Assembly (NCBI GenBank): GCA_965645245.1
Contig: OZ287071.1
Span: forward strand, 2,046,001-2,110,000
Direction of reading: 5' to 3'
From: Massalongia carnosa
Lineage: Eukaryota
DNA length: 64,000 nt
A program made the translations under genes and the position numbers. The notes below the pieces were generated by a model that was given only the letters and a program-made list of their open reading frames with translations, searched no databases and was not told the origin of the DNA. This document shows positions 24,273 to 37,174 of this stretch, piece after piece. The stretch's first letter is position 1. Every line of letters begins with the position of its first letter.

Positions 24273-25534
24273 ATGGACGAAGCAATCAAGGATTTAATTA
24301 CTACATATCAGGAGCTCAACGGAGAAAATATTGATGAGCTCTCTGAGCTTCCAAGTCCTCTTGAATTTATGAAATATGTCTGTAGAGGACGGCCCTTCGT
24401 GGTTAGAGGTGCGGTTTCGGAATGGCCAGCAATGCACTGGACTGTCGAGTCTCTGGAGAAGGCTATGAATGGCAGTCACGTTCAGGTTGCCATCACACCT
24501 TCTGGGTAAGGGATCTGATCCGTATGGTATTCAAAATTAAACCGGAACAGGCAGCATGCTTAACATTTATAGCAATGCAGATGCTGTAGTGGTAAACCGC
24601 GATGATGCACGGCAATATTTTGTCAAGCCTTTGGAGACGGACGAACCATTTAAGAATTTCATCCGATATATCAAAGATCAAGAGCATATAAGTTCGAAGG
24701 CTGATAATAGGGATGTGAAATATTCCCAAGCTCGTAAGTGGAACGTAGCGTTATCCCAATAGTGGATGTGTTTTTTTTAATCCACATGGTCCAAGAAAAT
24801 GATAATCTACGTGGAGAGTATTCGCCACTGTATAAAGATGTCGATAAAGAGATTCCATGGGCCAGGATTGCCTTAGGCGGTCGAGATCCTGATGCCATTA
24901 ATCTATGGATTGGAAACAGTAGAAGTGTCACGGCTCTTCATAGAGACAACTATGAGAACATATATTGTCAAATAATTGGCTCCAAGCACTTTGTTTTGTT
25001 GCCACCTACAGAAATGGCGTGTATAAATGAGAAAATGCTGCCATGCGCAACATACACACTTGATGCTTCGTTCGTGAGTCTGCCCTCAATATGACTTATA
25101 GCAGGTATGTAATCCAGTGAGCTTATGCAAGATATCAGAATTGGAATTTGTCCACAGAAGATGAGACGATTCCCTTCGCTATATGGGATCCCGACAAACC
25201 CAATGAGCAGAAAACACGTTTTTCACATCTCAGCAAGCCGTTACGAGTATCTCTCAACAGCGGGGACTTGTTATATCTGCCAGCATTATGGTTAAAGTTG
25301 GAATTCCACACAGAAAATTTAACCTACTAAGTGAGATAGGTACCACAAAGTCTCTCAAACCTGTTCTGACCAAGGCATTTGCTGCGCTGCCAATTATTGG
25401 TAAATAAATCTTAGCTACGAAATTCCTTGGATATGCACTTAAAGGACTTTGATAGGTATGACATGGATCTTGAAGGTATGAATTATGCCTCCACGACATT
25501 CATTCGGAAGCTAGCAACCATGAGTGGGGAATAA
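24273..25534 (+). CDS. JmjC/cupin-8 2-oxoglutarate oxygenase (JMJD7-like)
   Basis: VAITPSG/NADAV, DAINLWIGNSRSVTALHRDNYEN, GDLLYLPALW/YHKVSQ, ANYW/YDM; about 6 exons. Confidence 0.88.
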
Positions 25535-25592
25535 ATGAAATCTGTTCGAGGGAACAAGGGTATCTACTATAGAATTAAATTTGTCATCTATA

Positions 25593-28323
25593 TCAACGTC
25601 GTTTCTTTGCAAGCCTTTTCTCGGCCCTGACATCTTTCTTTAAACGAGCATCAACGATCTTGTATTTGCCCTTCACTCCTCTTGGCCGGCCTGATATGCC
25701 ACGGTTGCCGCCTCTCGCTACCACAAGCTTCACTTGCTGTTTGGGCTTCTTCCTTGCAGCTTTGCTCATTAGTGTCGCAATACTCCTAGCTTTGTCTTTC
25801 TCCGAAACGCCGTCCTCGTCCGCCACCAAAGCAGACTTTTTGCGAAGTTTCTCCATTCTTTGGGCAGCTTTAAACTTCTTACGATCCTTGGCCTCTCGCA
25901 CCTTTTTGATAGGCCGCGCGTTCAGCGCTCGGAGCTTTTCCTTGATCGCCGCCGCACCTGCTGCTGTGATAGGACGATGCGGCTTGCTGTGCTTACCTTC
26001 ATCATCCAAAAACCATTCGGGGAGTCCGTCTCGATCATGGAAAGTGTACTTATTGAATCCTTCGTCCACCAAATCATATGCTGATTTGGCCCCTGAAGCG
26101 ATCTGTTGAGCCAACGTCATAGCTTCGGCCGTTACTATGTTGATGTCTAGTTTTGTCATTAGGCTAAAACCAAAAGGTCAAATGGCCAATTTTACTTACC
26201 GAGCCGGCCGTCTGTCCGCGGTTCACCTTGTTCTTCCCAAACACTTTTTCCAACATCTTGGACAACTTCAAACTCGTTATTATCATCGTTCGCATCCAAG
26301 ATCTCTTCATTGAGCTCTGAAGTAACCTTGTACTGAGAATCTTTAGCCCCTCCAGCTAGGTTTTGTTTGTCCAGATGCGTTCCCCCTGGACTCTCCAATG
26401 TCTTCTTTGGAGTAAGATTGTTCAGTAGTAATTGCTTTTCCTGTGGTGAATCAGGCATGCAAGGAGCCGGTGAATCATAAGATAAGTCTTTATTGGCAAT
26501 GCTATTATCGTCAAGATCATAATCTACAGCACCAATGTCCTTGAAGATGTCCTGCTCGAAGAAGTTAGAGGCCCGGCTGGTAAGAGAGACATGAGTCTCC
26601 CCCCAGAGAGTATTATCGGTTGAAGGCTCTGGTAGAGTCTGGTCCTCATCGTCATCAGAAGAGACGCCGGATACTTCATTCGCATCAGATTTTTCGCCAC
26701 CGCTTTCCTTGCCTTCTGTGAACCCCTCCCAATCACCATCATCATGTTCCTTTCGTGATTTCTTTGCACGGTACTTTGCGTCTGACTCTAGCTTTCGTTC
26801 TTGATAATCACTGTAGAGCGCGTCGAGTTCTCGATCCAATCTGTCCTCCTCATTATCGCTTTCTTCATCTGTGCTGCTCTCGTCGTTGTCTTGATCACGA
26901 ACGTGCAATTCAACGCCCATATGACCATTGACAACCGACTCAGTTGCACCTGCCTTGTCGACAGCAGTCAGCGCAAACATTGAATCCTCGCCGTTAGGGC
27001 CCTTCTGCTCTAACCCAATTTCTGTTGGGGGCATCATGTGCATTTGCATTCGCACTACTTCCTTCTGTTTTCGCTCATTCGCACGTCTCTTCTCTCTTCT
27101 CTTTCTAGAAGATTTACTCTCATCAAGCCTCTGCAGTTCTTCTTGGATCTTTAGCTCTTCATCCATCGAGCCAACCTCTGTAATTTCTTCACCGCCTGTT
27201 TCCTGGGAACTTTTTTCCTTCAAAGCGAACCCAAATTTTTCACGGGCCTTTAGCCTCCACCGCAACAACATACGAAATTCTTTACGGCCGAGTACTTTTA
27301 GATCAAGACAGCACTGCATAATCTCAGCAGTTGTTTCCGGGAGATTCTTAAGTGCTGCGAGCGCTATGTCTCCGTTCGTTTTTTGTTCAAAGGTAAACTT
27401 GTTCAAGCTGCCTAGCATAGCAATAGGATCCGTAGTTTGGATGAAGTCACTAGCAGGAACTTCCTTAAACTGAATGTAGTCTCCTTCCTCATAGCCATCA
27501 CGTTTTCGCTTCTTTTTTTCAGGATTAAAGACCTTAGCCTCATTGTTGGGAGTTGGATCGGAAAGCTCTGCAAAAACAGAACGGGGATCTAGAAACTTAG
27601 GATCTATACGTTTCGGGGCTTTGAATCCTCGACATACAACAAATATTTCGGCGGAAACGTTTCTGGACGAGGGAGGTTTGGTAGCTTCAACTCTGTTAAA
27701 TAGCTGGTTGAATATCCAAAGCAGGGCGTTATAATCTTTCGATCTGAATACCTTAGTCACAAAGGTCCCGCCTTCGATAAGAAACTCGGTGGCTAGTTTA
27801 AAAGCTTCGAGGACTAATTCCGCTTGTGAAAATGCATCTTGCACCCACGCAGTCCCTACATTGGGCGCCCCATCGTGAAGAACAGTATCGGCTTTCCAGG
27901 ATTTAAGGTGCTGCCTAATGGTAGCACGGCACTTGTCGGTTGTGATGTCACTTTGAAACGTTATTGTTCTCGGTATAGGTTTAATAGGAGCCAAGTCAAC
28001 CCCGATGATGAGACTGCTGGCCGGCATGGTCTCTGCTGCCACTTGACACCATGACTAAACTCGTTAATGATGTACCTCTATGAAATGGCAAAGAAACTGA
28101 TTACCCCCGGAGCTGCGCAGAGATCCAATAGCACTTTACTTTTCTCAAGAAAGCCATATCTTCGATTGAGCTGAATAAGCTTGAACGCTGCTCGTGCCCG
28201 GTAACCCTTCTCTTTCGCAAGTTTATACCACTTGTCAAGCCGCCCTTTACCATGCTGTGATACAGTCAGGATCGGTCTATGAGAGACAGAAAGGTTCCCA
28301 CGTACTTTTTTTTGGATACCCAT
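25593..28323 (-). CDS. SPB1: 27S pre-rRNA 2'-O-methyltransferase Spb1
   Basis: [45 protein letters not shown]-terminal [21 protein letters not shown]. Confidence 0.96.
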
Positions 28324-28627
28324 CTCAAGTAAGAGGGAAATGGAGCGAGATTTGATAAGATATACTCTAAATGCACCCTACAATTTGTTTTGTTAGCTTC
28401 GCATAGAGCTGCGGACTAGAACTCGTTGCAACAGCGTGCCTCAGTAGATACAGAAGTGCAACTGAGCGGTCTATTACTTTTGGTAAACTACCGTAAACAT
28501 TCAGAAATTACGTTGCCGAAGATTATCTCGTTAAATGATTGATAAGATAATATTAATGCACGATATGAGTGGACCAAAATTGTCGGACACCAAACTTTCA
28601 CCACACCAAAAAACCTTCCATCATTTA

Positions 28628-30758
28628 ACGTAATCGTCGGCCTCGCTTAGCTGCCTCCACCACCTATTTTGCAGCTTTTTGCAACACTTCTCGACCGCAA
28701 CCTATGACCGTTAGCTGTTATTATTCATACCATAGATAGATATCAACTGCACATCCTAACTGCTCATTTATCAACCGGGAATGCATTATATTTTTTCCAA
28801 TTTCACCAGTTTTATCACCTATTTACAACTCATTTGCGACGCCGTCTCATCATTTTTTTTATTATTAATAATTCATTAAGCGTATGCATCCTAAGGATAT
28901 GACGCTGTGACTGCTATTTATGTACATAAACAACAGTCAGGAAGTGGAAACCTGGCCCCCAGGGTAAAACCACTCCCTTGTTCCATGTTGAACGCAACGA
29001 GACCGTCCTTCTACCACGCGGTGCGTACACCCAGATCTTCAAGCGCTAGGAATCCTATAGACTCGATGAACTAGACAGTGTATTTTCACACGTTCGACGA
29101 ACGTTCTCTCTCTTTAAACGTTTTGATTCAATGGAGGAAAGACTGGCCGTGATCGAGGGCAGATCGTGGTGTCGTATAAATGAAGCCGTCTCATCATGAT
29201 TTGCTACCTTCATTTACTTTATTTTCAACCTCATTTGCAAATATTATTAAGTAGATATATATCAATTGTGCGTTCTAATAGTGACTCCTAGTCTGACGAT
29301 AGCCCCCTTGATAAAAGTTAAACTGCTCATCCTCATCACCCTCATCACCCTCACCACCCTCATCATTCTTATTGTTCTCAGTGTTGATCTCTGCAAGGAC
29401 ATCTTGGATAGCCTTATCATGCCAATGCTTATAGGGTTGAAATACGCCCACATCAAGCGGTTGCATACAATGAGTCAGTTGTGGTATCAGGGGGAGAGGG
29501 CGAATGTGATTTTCATTGGCAAGCTTTATAAACTCAGGGGTGCAATGAGTCCCATGATTATCCATGAGCATCAATTTCTACTGCTTTGTAGGCCCCGAGT
29601 TTGTATTCGCAATGAAATGCTTCGAAAATTCAATGGCTATTTCATCGGTGATGAACCCACTTTCTGATACTTCAATCAGAGTCCGTAGGCAGCCCCTCTT
29701 GGAACCAGTTCTGCATTATTCTACGACCTTGCATGATTAAAACGGGAGAAGGTGGTTGATGACCGGCGGCGTTGATGCTTTCGATTATGATGAGAGATTT
29801 GCGATTTTCTGGACTGATTGAATAGAACTCCTTAATATCTGAGGGAACTAGAATTTCATGACCCTTCATACACTCAACTCGAAATCCTGCTTCATCAAAG
29901 TTCCAGATATCTTGTGAATGAGTTATCCCCAACTCTGCAAGAACCCGCTGGTATCGATCAAACCATAATCTTACATCTGACTCCTGAGCCGTAGTATATC
30001 GAACAACTGCCAGCGGCTTAGTCTTTATCTTGTGCAGGCCATTGTCTTTCCACCATTGCCTAAACCACCGCGGACTTGGATCATTGAATTCGGCATCTTG
30101 AGCACGTTTCAGAGTCTTAATGGCAGCAAAAACCACTTTATGAGTAGGTTCAATGCCATACGCAATCAGAGATCGAATGAATTTGTGAATGGCTCTGACC
30201 TGATGCTCCTCCAGTATTTTGTTCTACCCTTCAATTTTCTTCGGCGGCGTCTTTTCACGTTCAATTGAACTGTATAGAGTGATGTCGACGAGGTTGAAGA
30301 TTCGAGCAGCGCAAACGATGCTCTCCTTGGGGTTTTCTAATAAAACAGCTTAGCATTTTGCACGCGCGTTGCAATAGAATCACTAGTTTTAATAAGGTTC
30401 TTATTCATGATGCTGCTACTATTCATGATTGAGGTGGGGAGCGGTTGATGAAATAGGGAGAGAGGGATTGACGAAATAGGAGGCATGCAACTGATGCGGT
30501 CGCGATTGAATAAAGGTGAATATCCCGGTTAATCAATGAGTAGTTAGGATGGGCAGTTGATATCTATGGTATGAATAATAACAGCTAACGGTCGTAGGTT
30601 GCGGTCGAGAAGTGTTGCAAAAAGCTGCAAAATAGGTGGTAAAATGGGTGAATTTCGACAAATCCTGAAATTGAAACTACGCAGACCGCTTGCCTACGCA
30701 GACCGCTTTCCCCGACTAGAGGCCTCGTATGGAGGCAGCTAAGCGAGGCCGACGATTA
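28628..30758 (-). mobile_element. Decayed Fot1/pogo element with long bipartite TIRs
   Basis: TA|ACGTAATCGTCGGCCTCGCTTAGCTGCCTCC matched by GGAGGCAGCTAAGCGAGGCCGACGATTA; inner IR 28659-28780 / ~30525-30640; broken transposase ~29275-30408 with WNFDEAG, MDNHGTH, QPLDVG. Confidence 0.9.
28854..29184 (-). mobile_element. Short retroposed insertion, probably a 5'-truncated LINE 3' end
   Basis: 13-bp direct repeat GCCGTCTCATCAT at 28841-28853 and 29185-29197; minus strand ends TAATGAATATTATTAATAATAAAAAAA. Confidence 0.7.
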
Positions 30759-31041
30759 GATTTTTTTTTGTCCACCGCGTGCGCGTAGTTAGTTAATTAT
30801 CTTACAGAGTACAGAATACTCTATACGAACTGTCAACCACAACGGTAAAGATTATTAATCTACCAGATAAGGCTGTGATCAGACATCTGTTATTTACTCC
30901 CAGCTCTGACCGTAAAATACTCGTTAATCTGTATGGAATATACTGTATCTCCCTATGAATAACTGTGATAACTAACTCCCGGGTGCCCCGTCAGTACTTT
31001 GCGCTTCATGCCCGCAGCTTTTTGGCTGTTGTGAAATATTT

Positions 31042-32852
31042 ATGTCACCAGCAAGCAATCGGTCCCAGGAGGCTACCGTGCAAGACAGTGATAATGAAGA
31101 ACAATCCACTAACTATACAACGCCATTGCTGAAAGCATCAGATTCGCAATCTTCCTCAATCCTCCAATCTGTAGGCAAACTTTTGCAGGACTGGTGGTTA
31201 TGGGAAGTAATCGCGTCCCTTACTTCTCTTTTGTCAATAACTGCTATAACTGTAATACTGATAATCTACAACTCGAGCTCACTTCCTGATTGGCCTTCGT
31301 TTTTGACGGTCTGAGGATCCCGGATGATTTCCAATGCTTTATGTCAGTGGCGCTGAATCCGATTTCTTTAGATCAACTCGGTCATCTCTGTATTTGCAAC
31401 GATCGCGAAGCTTTCCCTAGGATCCGTTGTGGCTGCCGGTATCAGTCAATCGAAGTGGCTTTGGTATCGACAAGAGCACCCACGCCGGCTTCAGGACTTA
31501 CAGCTCTTTGATGATGCTAGCAGAGGACCATGGGGCGCAGCACATTTATTGATTAGTCTGCGGGCAAGGTGAGCTACAAAATCAGCTTTAGGTGGCTAAA
31601 GTGTTGCTTATCTCATAATTGTAGACATCTAGCATTCATAGGTGCCACAATCACTGTTTTAACCTTGCTATTCGATCCCTTTATCCAGCAAGTCGTGGTC
31701 TATCCAAATCGCTTAGTGCCAGCAAAGATAAATGCTACAATTGTTCGTGCTCAACATTACGAAGCTCGAAATGAAGGTCTCCATTTGCCTTCCGTTGTTG
31801 ATCTTTCCATGAAGGCTGCTGTATATAATGGAATATTTGATACCCAAGAGAAAGCAAATTTAGGAATTACATACACGTGCTCGAGCGGCAATTGCACGTG
31901 GACACGGTTTTCTTCCTTGGCCATCTGCACCCGGTGCGTTAACATTACCTCCTACGTGAAAAAATTGTGTCATCAGACTAGATGCCACGAGTTCTCTTTA
32001 CCTGGTGGCCCCACGATATCTGGCCAGGTTGGTCAGATCAATTCTAGCGGGACTAGTATTGCACCAAGCCTAAAAGGAATACAAGCTTCAGTAGTTCAGT
32101 TCTCATCCCTCACTTCCAAGAGTCGAAACAATTCTATTAAAGTCCTTGCGGTTGAGTGCGCGATGTGGTATTGCGTTCAATCATATACTGCGTCAGTTGA
32201 TGACGGGGAACCCTCTCAAACAGTGATTTCCTCCTGGCGTAACGACTCCGCTGGTCTATTAGAATCATCCGATCTTTACTACAACCCGCCGCCATCGATT
32301 ACTGAAACCCCTCAAAACGCCAGTACGTTCAAAGTTGCACTTTCAACCGCGACAGCACTGAATAAATTCATGAGTGAAAGTTTTACCGGAAGTGGTGGAA
32401 TGAATCGTTCTGGCTCTGCTTTCTCCTCCGATATTATGCAAGCACTCTACAAAACCGAAAATCTGACGTCGAGGATGCAGAATCTAGCTATTTCCATGAC
32501 GAATAACATACGAGAGCACAACAGTACTTCGTCCAACCTTGCATTGGGAACTACCTGGAAGACGGAGACGTATGTTCATGTTCGGTGGGGTTGGTTTGCG
32601 TTCCCTACCGGTCTTTTGTTGTGTACGCTATTGTTCCTCATTGGTGCCATATTTGAAACGTCTCGCCGAAAGATTTTGGTCTGGAAAGCAAACGACCTTG
32701 CAATGCTCTTTCATGGCCGTGGACTCAAGCTCACGCACGACGAGAGCAAGACTGCTGTTAATCGGCCAAGCAATCTAAGCCAGCAGGCGAAGGACATGAT
32801 GATTGAACTAGTTGAGATACACAACAATGATTGGAGATTAATTCAGAGATAA
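31042..32852 (+). CDS. DUF3176-type fungal membrane protein (3 exons)
   Basis: WWLWE, ISQSKWLWY..LQLFDDASRGPWGA, DPFIQQVV, CSSGNCTW, ETYVHVRWGWF. Confidence 0.88.
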
Positions 32853-33041
32853 GGAGATCGCGTGAGGATGGAAGTGATCCATCATAGAAGACGTCCAAAG
32901 CTTCCCAATTCATCTAGTACTGTCTTTCCATGACTGGTAGTTATAAAGTACTAGTACGTAGGTTAACCACCTTTTGTTGAAACGTTCAAAGATATCGAGT
33001 ATTGTATACTATGTAGTTTGTACACTGTACATTGTACAATG

Positions 33042-33430
33042 TATTCTATATTCTGTATTCTGTATTCTGAATTCTGTATTCTGTATTCTGTATTCTGTAT
33101 TCTGTAAGCTGTATTCTGTATGCTGTATTCTGTATTCTGTATTCTGTATTCTGTATTCTGTATGCTGTATTCTGTATTCTGTATTCTGTATGCTGTATTC
33201 TGTATTCTGTATTCTGTAAGCTGTATTCTGTAAGCTGTATTCTGTATTCTGTATTCTGTATTCTGTAAGCTGTATTCTGTATTCTGTATTCTGTAAGCTG
33301 TATTCTATATTCTGTATTCTGTATTCTGTATTCTATATTCTGTATTCTGTATTCTGTATTCTGTATTCTGTATTCTGTATTCTGTAGTCTGTAGTCTGTA
33401 GTCTGTAGTCTGTAGTCTGTATTCTGTATT
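33042..33430. repeat. 7-bp tandem satellite (TATTCTG)n, about 55 units
   Basis: Direct reading; variants TATGCTG, TAAGCTG, TATTCTA, TAGTCTG. Confidence 0.98.
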
Positions 33431-33994
33431 GTGTACATGCATTTACATGATGAGTGCAACGGATTCCAAGGTCATCTGGACTTTAGATAAATGGGTGGAT
33501 GGCCAGGCTCCTGTCGAGTGTCAAAACTGATTCTCGATCGAGCCCTAACCCGTTCGAGTAACAACCATAAAGTGCAGCTGTCATTACGAGTCGTGTGCCT
33601 TTCCTTATCTTCAGCGTGGTCAAGAATGCCTATCGCTGGTCTTCATTTAATCTTTATCGCATATTCTTTTTATTTCACCCCCCCCGCATGCGCATCCATC
33701 ATGGCGCTCCCCTTCCCAGTGAAACCATCTCATCCTCTGCGCCGACTGGCTTCTTCTCTTCCTACGTCTCCCTCTCATTCTTTCTTCTTTCTGTCTCCCG
33801 GTACATCATCGTCCCGCTCATGCCGAGTTTGCTCCGAAGGCTTTTCTAACCACTATCGCACGTCAGATAGATTGGCCCGTAGGTGCTCAATGTAGCCTAC
33901 CAAACCACAATACCCCATTTCATGTCCGAGTGCTTTTCTCGCCTGGGGCCGAAAGTGTTAAATAGAATAGCGCTCTAAACCTTTCTTGAGCACT

Positions 33995-35422
33995 ATGATG
34001 ATGATGCCCCGGGTCTATCTCTTTACATCCCCCGAACCCTCCTCTCCCCCAGAGAAACCCAAGGAACAGAGAGAGATGGTCGCAAGATCAAAAGAGAAGG
34101 CGCATAAGGCTATGGTGATCAAAGATCCATCAACAGGGGCAAGGAAACCTGCGAAGATTTCCAGTCCGCCGCCCGCCTCTCCTTCGAAGCCAGTTGTCAT
34201 CCCGGCTCGCCCGGGAATTGGCGGGCAACGCCGGAACAAGAATCAGATTTCCAAAATCAAAACAATACCGGAGGATGGTGATATTCTGCATGATTCACGC
34301 TCAATAGCCCCTTGTACTACAGCATTTGTGGCAACTACATCTCTCCCCAACTCAAGGCGCGCTTCGGACAGCCAACCTAGGTCTTATCGCCACGGGTTCA
34401 TAGATGGGAATGGAATGTTAATGGATTTAGAGGCGAGCAGAATTGCGTTGTCATTGTCCAGTCCCCAACCGTGGGGCGTCTTGTTGAGTCCACCAAGTGA
34501 CTCTTTTCAGGATACAGTAAGTATAAATAGCGACTCAACGCTGGATCAGTTGTACTCTATAGCGTCGGTCTCAAGCGAGTCCATACCTTCTCTCGAGGCC
34601 GATGTTGAATCGTCAAGTTCTATCGGTAATTTGTCAACGCCTCCGATACCGACTACAAGATGGAGCTCTTCTAATAGAAGGATTAAGACTCTCTCGTCCT
34701 TCGCGAGCGAAGACTGTATGTCAGATCATCCTCTACTTTCAGAATTACCACAAATGATTCCGGACTTTGATACTCCGTATATCGAGCCCCTGAAAGGAGA
34801 GATCCGGCTATTGACAAACTCCAAGGCAGTACTTCGATCAAATCTGAGTGCTTCTATCCGCATTTTAAAGACAGCAGCGACATCGTTCTCCACCTCTACA
34901 GCGCCCGCAAGGGAACGTGATGATGACTACTTTACGCGCTCTTTGCTATCAGTATCTCCACAATTCACAGATGAGAGACGACCAACGCCTTCCGCCACAG
35001 TTCCGGACCCTGTGTTGCGAAGATACCTCAATCCCTTCACTGTCTCCCCTGCGGAATTGCATTTTCACCATAACCACCATTCCGGGGCAAAGTGCACCGC
35101 GTCGATTCAATTACAGACCTACAAGAAAACACCACGATCGTCCAGAAAAGCTTCTGCACCTCCGGTATTTGCTTCGCATCCGTTGACTAGATCGCCCGCC
35201 GAGCTTCTCACTGTGTCGTCTTCGTCACGGCAGCGTGAACCTCGAGAGAACAGCGACTTTTTGCGAGTCATCGTGCTGGAAATGAATATGCGCAAGGTTG
35301 GGAAGCTGAGTGATGCTTCGCCCGGTAGAGCCAAGCTATGGCTCCCGGCAAGGCAGGGCGCAAGTCATACCGAGGTCGAAGAAATTGGAGTACCAAGGCG
35401 ATGGGCTGGTACAAGTTCCTGA
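33995..35422 (+). CDS. Ser/Pro-rich fungal protein of unknown function
   Basis: 478-codon ORF with conserved-looking blocks PQFTDERRP..LRRYLNP and RQREPRENSDFLRVIVLEMNMRKVGKL; start uncertain. Confidence 0.75.
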   Translation: MMMMPRVYLFTSPEPSSPPEKPKEQREMVARSKEKAHKAMVIKDPSTGARKPAKISSPPPASPSKPVVIPARPGIGGQRRNKNQISKIKTIPEDGDILHDSRSIAPCTTAFVATTSLPNSRRASDSQPRSYRHGFIDGNGMLMDLEASRIALSLSSPQPWGVLLSPPSDSFQDTVSINSDSTLDQLYSIASVSSESIPSLEADVESSSSIGNLSTPPIPTTRWSSSNRRIKTLSSFASEDCMSDHPLLSELPQMIPDFDTPYIEPLKGEIRLLTNSKAVLRSNLSASIRILKTAATSFSTSTAPARERDDDYFTRSLLSVSPQFTDERRPTPSATVPDPVLRRYLNPFTVSPAELHFHHNHHSGAKCTASIQLQTYKKTPRSSRKASAPPVFASHPLTRSPAELLTVSSSSRQREPRENSDFLRVIVLEMNMRKVGKLSDASPGRAKLWLPARQGASHTEVEEIGVPRRWAGTSS

Positions 35423-37174
35423 CTGAAACTTATTAGCTATTTTTTGTTTCATGGCTCCTTTTTTCTAATCTTAATATATACCTGCATCTTCCGATGTACA
35501 GAATAGAATTTATTTATTATCTATTGGCCTTTTTCGATTTCTTTCGCTTTGCAGATGATTTCAAGCGATGTCATGGCCTATTCCAAATCAAAGTGGTGGC
35601 AATCCAAAGTTCTTCGGGAGGACCTGCAGACGGCATGCAGACCCAACGCAAGCGCACGTCATGCAGCCACGAATTTAGTTAATCGGAGAAAAGGGAAGCC
35701 ATGCGGTGGTTGACCTACAACAATCTATCTGCATCTCTTTGCAATTTCCCTAGTCAATGCATCTCTGTATATATCCCATGCGCTAGATTCTCGACCTTTT
35801 TCTAATCGTCTTTCTTTTACCTAGTAATGCGCAAATCCGACTACATGGACGACTGGAGGGTGACTGACTCTCTTAACCGTTTCTATCTTCCGGAGCAAGA
35901 CGGGCGATAAGGAGTTCAGAACTCTGGTTTCCCAATGTACCTATCTACCTACCTACCTACCTAACTACATTTCACGCACAACCTTAATCAAGAATCATCC
36001 GAGCGACGACCCATCCATTCATCATACTCCACATAGCCTCATACCAACCCCAACCAACCCCCCCCCCTCCACTACAACATACACACCACAGAACAAACAA
36101 TAATCAACCCCAATAGTCAGTCCTCTCTCTATCAACCCATCCATCCATCCATCTAGCGCTTGCGCAACCGACAATTCCGAAACCGAAATCCTCGTAACAG
36201 GGCAATTATGTATGTATGTATATATGTACCACCTCAAGCCCGGAGAGCTTAGCCCCAGGATCTCCCAGAGTTCCAGGGGACAGAGAGAGCGCTGGCTTGC
36301 GTTGTTGCTTAACATGTTGGAGATTTTCATTTGTCAAGCAAGCTCTAGCCATTTCAGCTAATGGACGGGTGGATGGATGGGCAAGTAGGTGGATAGATGA
36401 ATCCATGCTAACAAACCCCGGGTTTCTCGACGACGGGAATCTATCTGTCTTCGCCATTCTTTTTCGTCTCTCGTAAAACTATCTTGTATAGATAGGTGGG
36501 TATCTCATATCCTTTGATTAAGGAATACTATGACACTCACATGTTGTATAATATCGTGAAACGGGGGAAGATGGAAAAAAAAATTTAGTGCAGATTTTCG
36601 GAGATCTGCGGAAAGTATGTATGAGTGTATGTGTCTATTAGGAGTAAAGGGCGCAATTGCAGTGGCCAATTCGAATCATAATCCTACATAAGTCTTGCAA
36701 GCATTGCCTCACATAATCTTGGTTACCAGCTCAACGCTCCTAAAGAGAAAATACCGTCCCAATTTGTAGTAGCAAATAGTAGTCGTTGATGTTAATGTTT
36801 TTCATCTGCACCACGGAAGGTATTATGGAGACGAAAGTGTTTGGTAGCATATAGGCTGAATATCCGTTTGGGTTGTGTTGCAGCTGATATTTATTATTTA
36901 TTTTTAGCAAAATGGCAACAAAAAAATAGATAACTAGATACTAGATCTTATAGTGATGGAAGTAACGGTCATTATGGTGCTGGGTCGGTATTGCAGGGGC
37001 TGTAGCTGTGCGCAACAAAGGACTTTTAGTTGTAGGTAGGAAGGGATGGACTTTTGAGGTTGCGCGGAAGGCTTTGAAGGTCACAGTGCTCTGAACGAGT
37101 ACTCCCTGAGATGAGTGACTCTTGCCTATGGTTTTTGTGCGCCACCTCGTTTACCAGCTCAGATAGTATCCAGC

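Noticed and set aside
32974..33459. ORFs with ILYSVFC and EYRIQNT repeats
   Set aside because: Artefacts of the stop-free 7-bp satellite
35690..36480. Small spliced gene between the hypothetical ORF and LIG4
   Set aside because: Intron-like stretches exist, but no coherent reading frame could be assembled; region is SSR-rich
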